Positions 8,867 to 17,916 of a DNA stretch of 64,000 nucleotides are shown in pieces (the first letter of the stretch is position 1; each line of letters begins with the position of its first letter). Where the stretch lies: contig DAOSCP010000010.1 in NCBI GenBank assembly GCA_035361425.1, positions 23,712 to 87,711 of the forward strand. Direction: 5' to 3'. Position numbers and translations under genes: made by a program. This DNA comes from Ignavibacteriales bacterium (lineage in GTDB: Bacteria > Bacteroidota > Ignavibacteria > Ignavibacteriales > DAOSCP01). Below the pieces are notes generated by a model that did no database searches, had not been told where the DNA came from, and saw only the letters and a list, made by a program, of their open reading frames with translations.

Positions 8867-9721
8867 CTATTTACCACGTATATAGTTTTCAAGTTCGCTA
8901 AATGATGGTCTATGATCTGAACTAATTGTTCTTCTTGCAATTTCAACTGCAATAATAGGAGGATTACCTTTTGCGTAAGCAACTAAACAGGCTTTGATAG
9001 TTTCCAAATACCTAACCTCATGTTCCATTTGATGTTCAGCCACCTTTCCAATAGGCCCAATAATACCATAAGACATTAACACACCTAAAAATGTACCAGT
9101 TAATGCGTGGGCAACACTCATACCTACTTCTGCAGCACCTCTATCAATAATACCCATTGTATTAATTACGCCTAATACAGCTGCTACAATACCTAAACCG
9201 GGAAAAGCATCAGCAAGTGTTTGAATATAACCTATAATAGGTTTGCGTTCATTTTCAAAAGTTTCAATTTCAGAATCCATAAGAGCCTCAATTTCATGGG
9301 GAGGCACACCACCAGAAAGCATTACTCTCATTGTATCGCAGAAAAAGCTTCTATAAAACTCATTAGATATAAATTTTTTATTTCTTGAAAGTATTTCGCT
9401 TTGTTCGGGAGCTTCAATATGTTTTTCAATAGCAATAAGACCGTCTCTTTGTGCAATTAAAAATAAATCATTAAATGCTTTAAGCAATTCCAAAAAATCA
9501 CTTTTGGAACTATGTTGGGCTTTTAAAGTCCCAAGAATTGTATTAATTACTTTTTTAAATTCATCCATACCGTTTGTCATAATAATCAAACTTCCTATTG
9601 AGGCACCTCCCAATACAACAAACTCAGATGGTACAATTAAATTCAAAGGATTACCATTCCCCATTATCATACCAACAATAATACCCAAAAATACTAATAC
9701 AGAACCTATTATGATAAACAT
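8867..9721 (-). CDS. motA: Flagellar stator protein MotA
   Basis: DGLIAIE, FPGLGIVAAVLGVI, ALTGTFLGV, PPIIAVEIARR; adjacent to motB. Confidence 0.96.
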   Translation of the reverse strand: MFIIIGSVLVFLGIIVGMIMGNGNPLNLIVPSEFVVLGGASIGSLIIMTNGMDEFKKVINTILGTLKAQHSSKSDFLELLKAFNDLFLIAQRDGLIAIEKHIEAPEQSEILSRNKKFISNEFYRSFFCDTMRVMLSGGVPPHEIEALMDSEIETFENERKPIIGYIQTLADAFPGLGIVAAVLGVINTMGIIDRGAAEVGMSVAHALTGTFLGVLMSYGIIGPIGKVAEHQMEHEVRYLETIKACLVAYAKGNPPIIAVEIARRTISSDHRPSFSELENYIRGK

Positions 9722-9738
9722 TTGTTACCCTAGAATTA

Positions 9739-9984
9739 TTAACGATTTAATTTATTTAATTTCACTTTATCTGTCTTATCTGTATCAAAGATTAATTCAC
9801 TATTACTACTTGCTTCTTTTATAAAAGTTTTAATTTTTTCGTAAATTTCATATCTATAAATTGAAATATTATTTGGTGCTTGTATCCCTATCTTAGCACT
9901 ATTTTCATTGGTTGAAAGTATAGTAATTACTATATCATTACCAATTACTATTTTTTCACCCTCTTTCCTTGTAAGTACTAGCAT
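9739..9984 (-). CDS. csrA: Translational regulator CsrA
   Basis: MLVLTRKEGEKIVIG...KIGIQAP..I.IYRYEIY. Confidence 0.93.
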   Translation of the reverse strand: MLVLTRKEGEKIVIGNDIVITILSTNENSAKIGIQAPNNISIYRYEIYEKIKTFIKEASSNSELIFDTDKTDKVKLNKLNR

Positions 9985-9985
9985 A

Positions 9986-10387
9986 TTATTTTTCTTCTAC
10001 AAATAGTTGATATTCAATAGGATAATCAAATTCATCCAATATTTTTTGTTTAGCTTTATTGGTTGTAAAATTAATATAAACTGGTGATTTTAAATTAATT
10101 GTTATCTGGCTTATCTTAGAGCTTAATTTAACTATTCCAAATGGTTCATATTCTTCTACATTAGGATAATTTTCTACAATTAATTTAATTGGCAATATAG
10201 GAAAAAATATTTCAGGTTGATCAACAGATATCAAAAAATAAATCATTTGAAATAGTTCTTCTTCCCTTTCTAATTTTACAAAAATAAATTTTTTAAATTC
10301 TTCAAAACCAGGAATAGGTTCTTCAAATGTAATGACATTTTCGTCTGAATATTCAATTTCACCTAATTTGTTTTTTACTTTTTCCAT
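9986..10387 (-). CDS. fliW: Flagellar assembly factor / CsrA antagonist FliW
   Basis: ITFEEPIPGFEEFKKF, ITINLKSPVYIN; located between flgL and csrA. Confidence 0.9.
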   Translation of the reverse strand: MEKVKNKLGEIEYSDENVITFEEPIPGFEEFKKFIFVKLEREEELFQMIYFLISVDQPEIFFPILPIKLIVENYPNVEEYEPFGIVKLSSKISQITINLKSPVYINFTTNKAKQKILDEFDYPIEYQLFVEEK

Positions 10388-10423
10388 TTTTTTATACTGA
10401 ATTTGTTGATTATTTTATTCATT

Positions 10424-10440
10424 AACAAATATTATGCCAA
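10424..10440 (-). promoter_or_regulatory. Putative sigma54-like -24/-12 element upstream of fliW-csrA-motAB
   Basis: Minus strand TTGGCAT-AATAT-TTGTT; correct GG-N10 spacing but GT instead of GC at -12. The same 17-mer also occurs antisense inside ftsI. Confidence 0.3.
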
Positions 10441-10446
10441 TGTAAA

Positions 10447-11676
10447 TTAAATAAAATCCATTAAAGATTTTGGCAATAACATACTGCCAGATTTATAAGC
10501 AAGATTTAATATATAATCAAAATATTGCAAATCAACAACTGCCTTAGCGACATCTGTATCTTTTGTCTTAGAAAGCAAATCCGTAATTTCAACATTCATT
10601 GTATCTTGAACAACTAATGTATCTTTTAACTTATTATATATATTTCCTATTTTTGTCGTCTTATCTACAATATTAGCAGTAAATTTATCAAATATTTTAT
10701 TATATTCAGAAGGTATATCTTCTTTATTATCAATTAATTTTTCTATTTTAAGAAGAGAATTAAAAACATCTGGGCCACCATCGGTAAGTTTTAAAGTTGT
10801 TGGTCTTTCATAAAATGTTATATGTCTGGTATCAAAAACAAAACTAATATTATTAGCTGGAATATCAATCATAACAGATTTAGGTGTTGTACCATCTATA
10901 TTGGTTATTTTACCAGTTGTTTCATCATATTGAATATTTTGGTTTAATGTATAAATATCTGTTGAGCCATCTTTTATTGTATATGTCATACTATATGAAT
11001 TTGGCCCAGTTTTAGTGAAAGTTGCAACACCATCATAAATTTTCCCATCCAATGCTTCAACTTTATTATTTAAAGTTATAGATGTTTCTGAAGTACTAAG
11101 ATTTCCTGTAAAGTTTGCAAAACCTTTAAATATTTCATCGCCACTAATGTTGATTTGCTGATCGATATTATCGGCTATTTTAACCATTTGCCTACCATCC
11201 AAAAAGTCAGAGTTTATTTCAATAAAACCATCGGAATTTTTAGTAATCGGCTGTTTTAATGAATCTGTACCGCCAAATAAATATCTACCTTCATGTTTCA
11301 AATTTGAAAGTTCTACAAATATATCCAATACATTTCTCACCTGTTCCTTATAATTACCATAAACAAATCTATTTACAGGATTCTTCATTTCTACAAGTAA
11401 TGTAGATATTTTAACGCCATTTTCTTTCATTAAATCCAAAGTGGTTGCACTTTCATTAGTAAATTCGAGTGCACTATTAATAGCTGTTCTATATTGTTCA
11501 TTTTGGTCTAATTGCTTTACTAATCGCACAACTCTTGCCGCACCTGTTGGTGAATCAGAAGGTTTTTCAATAGTAGTATTAGTACTAATTTGTCTTTGTA
11601 ATTTAGCAACCTGGTCTTTATTCGTAGTTAGTTGATTAAGAAAACTATTTTTTAAATACCTATCTGAAATTCTCAT
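10447..11676 (-). CDS. flgL: Hook-filament junction protein FlgL
   Basis: MRIS...QISTNTTIEKPSDSP, GRYLFGG, C-terminal DTDVAKAVVDL...LPKSLMDFI. Start reassigned to ATG 11676, just after the flgK stop. Confidence 0.93.
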   Translation of the reverse strand: MRISDRYLKNSFLNQLTTNKDQVAKLQRQISTNTTIEKPSDSPTGAARVVRLVKQLDQNEQYRTAINSALEFTNESATTLDLMKENGVKISTLLVEMKNPVNRFVYGNYKEQVRNVLDIFVELSNLKHEGRYLFGGTDSLKQPITKNSDGFIEINSDFLDGRQMVKIADNIDQQINISGDEIFKGFANFTGNLSTSETSITLNNKVEALDGKIYDGVATFTKTGPNSYSMTYTIKDGSTDIYTLNQNIQYDETTGKITNIDGTTPKSVMIDIPANNISFVFDTRHITFYERPTTLKLTDGGPDVFNSLLKIEKLIDNKEDIPSEYNKIFDKFTANIVDKTTKIGNIYNKLKDTLVVQDTMNVEITDLLSKTKDTDVAKAVVDLQYFDYILNLAYKSGSMLLPKSLMDFI

Positions 11677-11677
11677 A

Positions 11678-13066
11678 CTACACCATTGATAATAGTGATT
11701 GTAATAATTCATCAGCAGCTTTAATTACTCTAGCTGATGCTTGATAAGATCTTTGATATGTTATCATATTAGTCATCTCTTCATCTATTGATACACCGGC
11801 ATAACTATCTCTTTGCAATTGCAATTGTTGCAAAATTGCTTTATTGGCTTCAACCTTTTGCAAATTTGTAGTTGCATCATTTCCAGATTCAACAATAAAT
11901 TTAGAATAAAAATCATTTAATGTTGTTCCAGAAATTACATTACTTTGAGCAATATTAGCTATTCTCAAAGCATTTTCGCCATTATCGGGTGCTGATGTTA
12001 ATGATGCCGTAATATATCTATCATCTTGTAATATTAGTTCATTAATTTTTAATTCACCATTAATATATCCTTCGAAAAATTTTATAGCATTAGGATCATT
12101 AACTGAATTTTTACCCCCCAGTGGTGGTTGATGTAATGTAAAACCTTGCACATGCAATTCATTTACCTTATTAACAATTATATTTGCCATTTGATCAATT
12201 GTTTGTTTATATTTTGGAATAATATTAGAATAAACATCAACCAAAGCTGCAAGTTCACCACTTTTAAGTGTAATTTTAGCATTATCATCATCAACTAATG
12301 CTATTGAAAGTTTACCATCCGTACTTTCTACAACTTTAAATTCACTAGAACTACCTTCATCAACCCCAAAAGCACCTCCTAATGATAAACTAACATGCCC
12401 TTTATCATTAATAGATGCTTTTGTATTAACATATTTTGCAACTTCTTGAACAAGTTTGTCTCTTTGATCTTGCATGTCATTAGCAACAACACCTTGCAGC
12501 CTTGCTTCAAATATTTTTTGATTTAATATTTTTACCTGCCCTAACTTTGCATTCAAATCTTTAACTTTTTCTTCTAATTCATATTTTATATCAACTTTTA
12601 ATTGTTCATAACCACTATTCAAAAGTTTAAACTTATTAGAAAGTTTATCAGCTGCTTGTATAAGATTTTGTCTATATGCAGATAAACTCGGATTTGCTGC
12701 TAGATCAGCCCAAGCATTAAAAAATGTATTCATTAATTTAGAAATTCCTACTTCAGAAGGTTCAGAAAGTAAGCTTTCCATTTGTGATAGCAATTCTGAT
12801 TTTTTATTTGCATCTGTATAGGTACCATTATAAATCAGCAATTGGGAATTTACTAAATCATTTTTAATTCTAGTAACTTCTTGAATTTTTACACCACTTC
12901 CCCACTCTAAAAATCCTTTATACTCAGGATTTTCAGCTGTAAAAACAACTCTTTGCCTTGTATAGCCTTCCGTATTTACATTGGCTAAATTGTGAGAAGT
13001 TACATTCATTGCATATTGATTAGCTAACAAACTTCTTCTACCTATGTCAAATACTTTACTAAGCAT
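11678..13066 (-). CDS. flgK: Hook-filament junction protein FlgK
   Basis: VTSHNLANVNTEGYTRQRV, GVSIDEEMTNMITYQRSYQASARVI. Confidence 0.96.
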   Translation of the reverse strand: MLSKVFDIGRRSLLANQYAMNVTSHNLANVNTEGYTRQRVVFTAENPEYKGFLEWGSGVKIQEVTRIKNDLVNSQLLIYNGTYTDANKKSELLSQMESLLSEPSEVGISKLMNTFFNAWADLAANPSLSAYRQNLIQAADKLSNKFKLLNSGYEQLKVDIKYELEEKVKDLNAKLGQVKILNQKIFEARLQGVVANDMQDQRDKLVQEVAKYVNTKASINDKGHVSLSLGGAFGVDEGSSSEFKVVESTDGKLSIALVDDDNAKITLKSGELAALVDVYSNIIPKYKQTIDQMANIIVNKVNELHVQGFTLHQPPLGGKNSVNDPNAIKFFEGYINGELKINELILQDDRYITASLTSAPDNGENALRIANIAQSNVISGTTLNDFYSKFIVESGNDATTNLQKVEANKAILQQLQLQRDSYAGVSIDEEMTNMITYQRSYQASARVIKAADELLQSLLSMV

Positions 13067-13067
13067 T

Positions 13068-13523
13068 TTATACCTTTCTATCTAATATTGATTTATTTTT
13101 TCCACCTAAAATTGTATCAATCAATTGTTTTGTAAAATTGATTGAATAATTAGTGATGTATAAGTTATTTTCGTTAATTTTTTGAATTTCTTTAATCATT
13201 TTTTTTATTTTATCTTGCAAAACAATAGCACTTTTTAACTCATCTGGTGTAAATTCATTTTTAATTGCTTTAATAAAAGATAAAACCTTCTTATCCTTTA
13301 AATCTATTTTACTAGCAGCTAATTTCATATTTTGGAAATTAATTCGCTCATATTCAATATTATTAAGAGCCAATATTTGTCTTTCTTCCTTAGCAACTAT
13401 TTCTTCAATTTTTTTACCTTGCAATTTTATAGTTGCTTCATGTTTTTCTTTTACTATCTCTAACATTTTAATTAAGATATGTAATTCTCTTTCAAGTATT
13501 TGGATGTATTCAGACATTTTCAT
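13068..13523 (-). CDS. flgN: FlgK/FlgL export chaperone FlgN
   Basis: Helical protein of about 150 aa with IQKINENN..ITNYS and a C-terminal ILDRKV, directly before flgK. Confidence 0.8.
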   Translation of the reverse strand: MKMSEYIQILERELHILIKMLEIVKEKHEATIKLQGKKIEEIVAKEERQILALNNIEYERINFQNMKLAASKIDLKDKKVLSFIKAIKNEFTPDELKSAIVLQDKIKKMIKEIQKINENNLYITNYSINFTKQLIDTILGGKNKSILDRKV

Positions 13524-14385
13524 TTTGTTCACCTGTAAAATGGTTATAATATGCTAAAACTCTATTAACATAATTTTTTGTTTCTCTAAATGGTGGTATA
13601 CCATCATATTTTTCAACATTTCCAGGACCTGCATTATATGCAGCAATTGCCTTTTTCAAATCACCATTAAACTTGTTAATTAAAAATGAAAGATATTTTG
13701 TTCCTCCGATTATATTTTCTTCAGGATTAAAAGGATTTCTAACTCCCATATCTTTTGCAGTTCCATCCATTAGTTGCATAAGCCCTTTTGCTTTTGCACT
13801 GGATACAGCTTTACTATTTCCCGCAGATTCAGCTAAAATAACAGATTTTATCAAGTTTTCATCAACACCAAATTTCTGTGAAGCTTGCTTAATAATTTCA
13901 TCATATTGATTAACTCTTGCAAGAGATGTATTAGTAGGCTTAATTGGAATCACATTATTATCACTCGTTACTTTCAGTGGATTATTATAGCTTAAACTAT
14001 TTTCTATGGGATTTTCTTCTTTTTGGATTTTTCTCATTTCATCACGAAATTCAATAATTTTTCTATAAAGTGGATTATCAGGTAATTTTTCACTTGTCAT
14101 ATTTTGATAAATAGATTGAGCAATTCCCATATTTCCTTGCGATATTTTAGCTGAAAGCTCATTGATAAAAAAGCCATCAAACATGCTTGCACCGGAATTT
14201 GATTCATCACCAAAAATTCCTCCATTACTTTCAAACATAGATTTAACCATCATCGAAGTCATCATTGTTTCGAAATCTCTTGCAGCTTTTGCCAACTTTT
14301 CTTTTTGTTCAGGAGTAAAACGGGAATTTGCTTTTATATCATTATTTACAGTAATATTCTGATTATTTATATTTGTAATATTCAT
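13510..14385 (-). CDS. flgJ: FlgJ-like rod-binding domain fused to a lytic transglycosylase (SLT) domain
   Basis: LAKAARDFETMMTSMMVKSM (rod-binding); IKSVILAESAGN, AKGLMQLM, NIIGGTKYL, AAYNAGPGNV, ETKNYV (SLT). Confidence 0.88.
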   Translation of the reverse strand: MNITNINNQNITVNNDIKANSRFTPEQKEKLAKAARDFETMMTSMMVKSMFESNGGIFGDESNSGASMFDGFFINELSAKISQGNMGIAQSIYQNMTSEKLPDNPLYRKIIEFRDEMRKIQKEENPIENSLSYNNPLKVTSDNNVIPIKPTNTSLARVNQYDEIIKQASQKFGVDENLIKSVILAESAGNSKAVSSAKAKGLMQLMDGTAKDMGVRNPFNPEENIIGGTKYLSFLINKFNGDLKKAIAAYNAGPGNVEKYDGIPPFRETKNYVNRVLAYYNHFTGEQNENV

Positions 14386-14395
14386 AAATACCTCA

Positions 14396-15496
14396 TTAAA
14401 TAATAACTAATTCTGCAATTAATGCACCAGATTCTTTTAATGCTTGAAATATTGCAATAACATCTCTTGGTGCAACTCTTAAAGCATTCAGAGCTGCAGC
14501 AACTTCTTGAACCGTTGCAGATCTTTGAATAGCAATTGCGCCATTTGATTCTTGCGTTACAACAGGCGTTTGTGCATTTGTAATTACAGTTTGCCCTTGA
14601 GTAAATTGATTAGGTTGGCTGACTGTTGTTTCCGAACTAATACGTATATTCAAATTGCCGTGCATTATAGTAACAGGATTTATAATAACATTTCCACCAC
14701 TTACAACAGTGCCCGTTCTTTCATTTATTACAACTTTAGCTTGTGTATCGAAATTTGTAATCGTAAGGGCTTCTATTCTTGCCATAAAAGCAGCCATATT
14801 TTCCTGTTGATCATCTGGAACAGTTATTAAAACTTCTGTTGCATCTATTGCTTTTGCAATATCAGGAGCTATTGAAGTATTTATAGCATTGGCTATTGAA
14901 TTGGCATTAGTAAAATCTGGATTTTTCAAATATAAACTCAATTCGCCTGCTGATTCCATAGTTGTATTTGGAATAATAATTTGAACAATTCCGCCATTAG
15001 GAACTCTTCCAGTAGCAGAGTGATTTTTAGCTGCTCTACTTCCAGTAGCTGTTTGAAAATCATAACCACCAGTAAAAACTGGTCCTTGTGCACTACCATA
15101 TACAACACCATCTTTGCCGGTTAAAGGAGTCATCAACAATGTTCCTCCACTTAAACTAATAGCATCTCCCATAGCTGAAACAGTAACATCAAATTGTGCA
15201 CCTTCTTTTAAGAAATTATTTACATTTGCTGTAACCATTACTGCTGCTACATTTCTTGTTCTTAAATCTGTTTGTGGAACAGTTATACCAAATCTTTTTA
15301 ACATGGATGTTACTGACTGTATAGTAAATTGAGATCTATACGAATCACCTGTTCCAGCTAATCCAACAACAAGCCCATAACCTATTATTTGCTCATTTTT
15401 TGCACCTTTGAAGTAAGCAATATCTTTTATCCTTTGTGCAAATACAACATTTATTACAAACAAAACCATCAATATTATTTTTATTTTGTTTTTCAT
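14396..15496 (-). CDS. flgI: Flagellar P-ring protein
   Basis: QRIKDIA, GYGLVVGLAGTGD, NVAAVMVTA, DVIAIFQALKESGALIAELVII. Confidence 0.97.
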   Translation of the reverse strand: MKNKIKIILMVLFVINVVFAQRIKDIAYFKGAKNEQIIGYGLVVGLAGTGDSYRSQFTIQSVTSMLKRFGITVPQTDLRTRNVAAVMVTANVNNFLKEGAQFDVTVSAMGDAISLSGGTLLMTPLTGKDGVVYGSAQGPVFTGGYDFQTATGSRAAKNHSATGRVPNGGIVQIIIPNTTMESAGELSLYLKNPDFTNANSIANAINTSIAPDIAKAIDATEVLITVPDDQQENMAAFMARIEALTITNFDTQAKVVINERTGTVVSGGNVIINPVTIMHGNLNIRISSETTVSQPNQFTQGQTVITNAQTPVVTQESNGAIAIQRSATVQEVAAALNALRVAPRDVIAIFQALKESGALIAELVII

Positions 15497-15506
15497 CAGA
15501 TACTCC

Positions 15507-16073
15507 CTAAAATAGCCAATGGAATAATCTTGTTATCCAACCAGGTTTTTGATTATTTCTAATCATTCCACTACCTTCAAAAACAATTTCTGCATCAGAA
15601 ATACTTGTAGATAAAACAGTATTGTCTGAATTAATATCAATTGGTCTTACTACTCCGCTAATTGAAATTAATTGTTCCTCACCATTTATAATTAATTTCC
15701 TGCTGCCTTTTATATATAAATTACCGTTAGGAAGAACTGAATCTATTGTAGCACTAATTTTTGTAGTAATTACTCCTTGTGCTTTTGTACTTCCTTTACC
15801 GGTAAAATTATTTTTACTACCTACCGTCCCTTTGATATTAGGCAATTGAGTTTGATCAATTGATCCCGAAAAATTCATTCCTAAATCACTATTTCTACCA
15901 CTACTCGACTCAGCACTGTTTGATGCTTGTGAAGATTCAACAACCAATATTGTTATTGCATCTCCAACCTGGCTTGCTTTATAATCTGAAAACAAAGATT
16001 GTTTTGAATACTCGCTTAATCTTTGTCCAAATAATATACTACTTAATAATATGATTAAATATAATTTTTTCAT
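15507..16073 (-). CDS. flgH: Flagellar L-ring protein
   Basis: LFSDYKASQVGDAITILVVE, VLPNGNLYIKG, SGVVRPIDI, PGWITRLF. No lipobox Cys visible. Confidence 0.93.
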   Translation of the reverse strand: MKKLYLIILLSSILFGQRLSEYSKQSLFSDYKASQVGDAITILVVESSQASNSAESSSGRNSDLGMNFSGSIDQTQLPNIKGTVGSKNNFTGKGSTKAQGVITTKISATIDSVLPNGNLYIKGSRKLIINGEEQLISISGVVRPIDINSDNTVLSTSISDAEIVFEGSGMIRNNQKPGWITRLFHWLF

Positions 16074-16097
16074 TTTTAAACCTTTTTTTTAATAAAT

Positions 16098-16113
16098 ATC
16101 AATTTTTATGCCA
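16098..16113 (-). promoter_or_regulatory. Putative sigma54-like -24/-12 element upstream of flgH
   Basis: Minus strand TGGCAT-AAAAA-TTGAT in the 60-bp flgA-flgH gap; GG-N10-GA. Confidence 0.4.
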
Positions 16114-16133
16114 TTAGGATTAATTCTATAATT

Positions 16134-16805
16134 TTATCTTTCTATCATAACAGTATTATTATTTAAAACTCTTGCCTTAAAAATTTGTCCTTTTTTATCC
16201 TGGATATTAATTATTTCCCCAATATCACCATCATTTTTAGCAACAGCATCGAACGTAATTTCTACATTTCCAACTTGCAAAATAGCTTTTACTTTATCGT
16301 TATACTTAATAATTGCATCTCCCTTTAGCATTATTTTTGTTATGATTTGCCCTTCTGATATTTTAATTTTGGCAATCTTTCCTATTATATCATCGTAATT
16401 ATTATAATAATCATTATTTAGTTTAATTATATTTTTAGTTTCTAATTTAATATCACTGTATGATATTTTATCTCCCAAATTAATAACTTTTGCAGCAACT
16501 ATAACATTATCATATATTGCCAGCTTAACAGATATAAAATCTTTCTTATAATTATTTGTATTACGATACTTAACCTCAACCGGAATATTAGCTATAAAAC
16601 TGATGATTGGTTCGGATATTATTATTCTTACATCCTCAACTTCATTATTTAATATTTTATTATTTATAATTTGATACTCTATCTTTTGATATTTGTTGTA
16701 AAGTTGTTTTAATTGAGAATCAAATAATTTTAGTGCATCTTGTGAATAAGCTTTGCTAAATGCACAAAATGTTACAATAATAATTATTAAAATTTTATTT
16801 TTCAT
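16134..16805 (-). CDS. flgA: P-ring formation chaperone FlgA
   Basis: Signal peptide, SAF-like VIVAAKVINLGDKIS, C-terminal AKNDGDIGEIINIQ; precedes flgH-flgI. Confidence 0.85.
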   Translation of the reverse strand: MKNKILIIIIVTFCAFSKAYSQDALKLFDSQLKQLYNKYQKIEYQIINNKILNNEVEDVRIIISEPIISFIANIPVEVKYRNTNNYKKDFISVKLAIYDNVIVAAKVINLGDKISYSDIKLETKNIIKLNNDYYNNYDDIIGKIAKIKISEGQIITKIMLKGDAIIKYNDKVKAILQVGNVEITFDAVAKNDGDIGEIINIQDKKGQIFKARVLNNNTVMIER

Positions 16806-16889
16806 TTTTTCTTAAGAATTTTTTTTATATATTAGTCTATCAAAAAAAATACCTAAATGTAAAGCCTTAACAAAAAAAGGGAAAATATT

Positions 16890-17909
16890 ATGGAAATTGT
16901 AGAATGCGTACCAAACTTTAGCGAAGGAAGAAACCTAGAAACTATTAATGCTATTGCAGACGAAATTAAAAAAACTCCTGATGCCAAACTTTTAAGTGTT
17001 GAACCAGATCCAGATTACAACAGAACTGTTATTACTTTTGTTGGAACCAAAAAAGGCGTTCTTGATGCAGCAATTGCTGCAGCTTTAAAAGCTGGTGAAC
17101 TTATCGATATGACTAAACACTCGGGCGAACATCCACGATTAGGTGCTATTGATATCGTTCCATTTATTCCTGTTAGCGGTGTTACGATGAAAGATTGTGT
17201 AGAAATCTCCGAAAAATTTGCCGAAATTGTATCTGAAAAATTGAATATTCCTATTTATCTTTACGAAGAAGCCAGAAGAAAAGAACACTACAAACTGCTT
17301 TCGGATATCAGAAAAGGCGAATACGAAGGCTTACCAGAAAAATTAAAAGACCCCAATTGGCAACCCGACTACGGAAAACCTGAGTTTAATCCAAAACTCG
17401 GTGCTACCGTTACTGGAGCACGTCCTTTCCTTATAGCTTATAATATCAACTTAAAAACCACTGATATAAGTATTTCAAACGAAATTTCGGAAACTATTCG
17501 TGAAAGTGGTAAAATTTTAAGAGATGAAAACGGGCAACCTATTAGAGATGAATTTGGAAAAACAAAAAGAATTCCCGGTAAATTCAAAGCCGTGCAAGCT
17601 ATGGGAGTTTTTCTCGATAAATATAATATTACTCAAGTTTCTATCAATTTAAAAGACTTTAATATTACAGGAATGCATACTGTTTTTGAAGAAGTTAAAA
17701 AAATGGCAAACGAAAAAAATATTGAAACTTTCGGCAGCGAAATTGTTGGTTTAGTTCCACTTAAAGCTATGCTCGATACAGCAGATTTTTACTCTAATGG
17801 TAAAAATCTAACCGAACAAGAAAAAATTCAACTAGTTATTGATAAATTAGGCCTAAGCACTTTAAATGAATTTATTCCTAATCAAAAAATTATTGAATAT
17901 ATGATATGA
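16890..17909 (+). CDS. ftcD: Glutamate formimidoyltransferase
   Basis: IVECVPNFSEGR, DYNRTVIT, HSGEHPRLGAIDIVPF, GARPFLIAYN. Confidence 0.95.
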   Translation: MEIVECVPNFSEGRNLETINAIADEIKKTPDAKLLSVEPDPDYNRTVITFVGTKKGVLDAAIAAALKAGELIDMTKHSGEHPRLGAIDIVPFIPVSGVTMKDCVEISEKFAEIVSEKLNIPIYLYEEARRKEHYKLLSDIRKGEYEGLPEKLKDPNWQPDYGKPEFNPKLGATVTGARPFLIAYNINLKTTDISISNEISETIRESGKILRDENGQPIRDEFGKTKRIPGKFKAVQAMGVFLDKYNITQVSINLKDFNITGMHTVFEEVKKMANEKNIETFGSEIVGLVPLKAMLDTADFYSNGKNLTEQEKIQLVIDKLGLSTLNEFIPNQKIIEYMI

Positions 17910-17916
17910 GGCTAAT

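Noticed and set aside
11677-11712. flgL start at 11712
   Set aside because: It overlaps flgK by 35 bp and adds an implausible peptide; ATG 11676 gives the canonical MRIS start.
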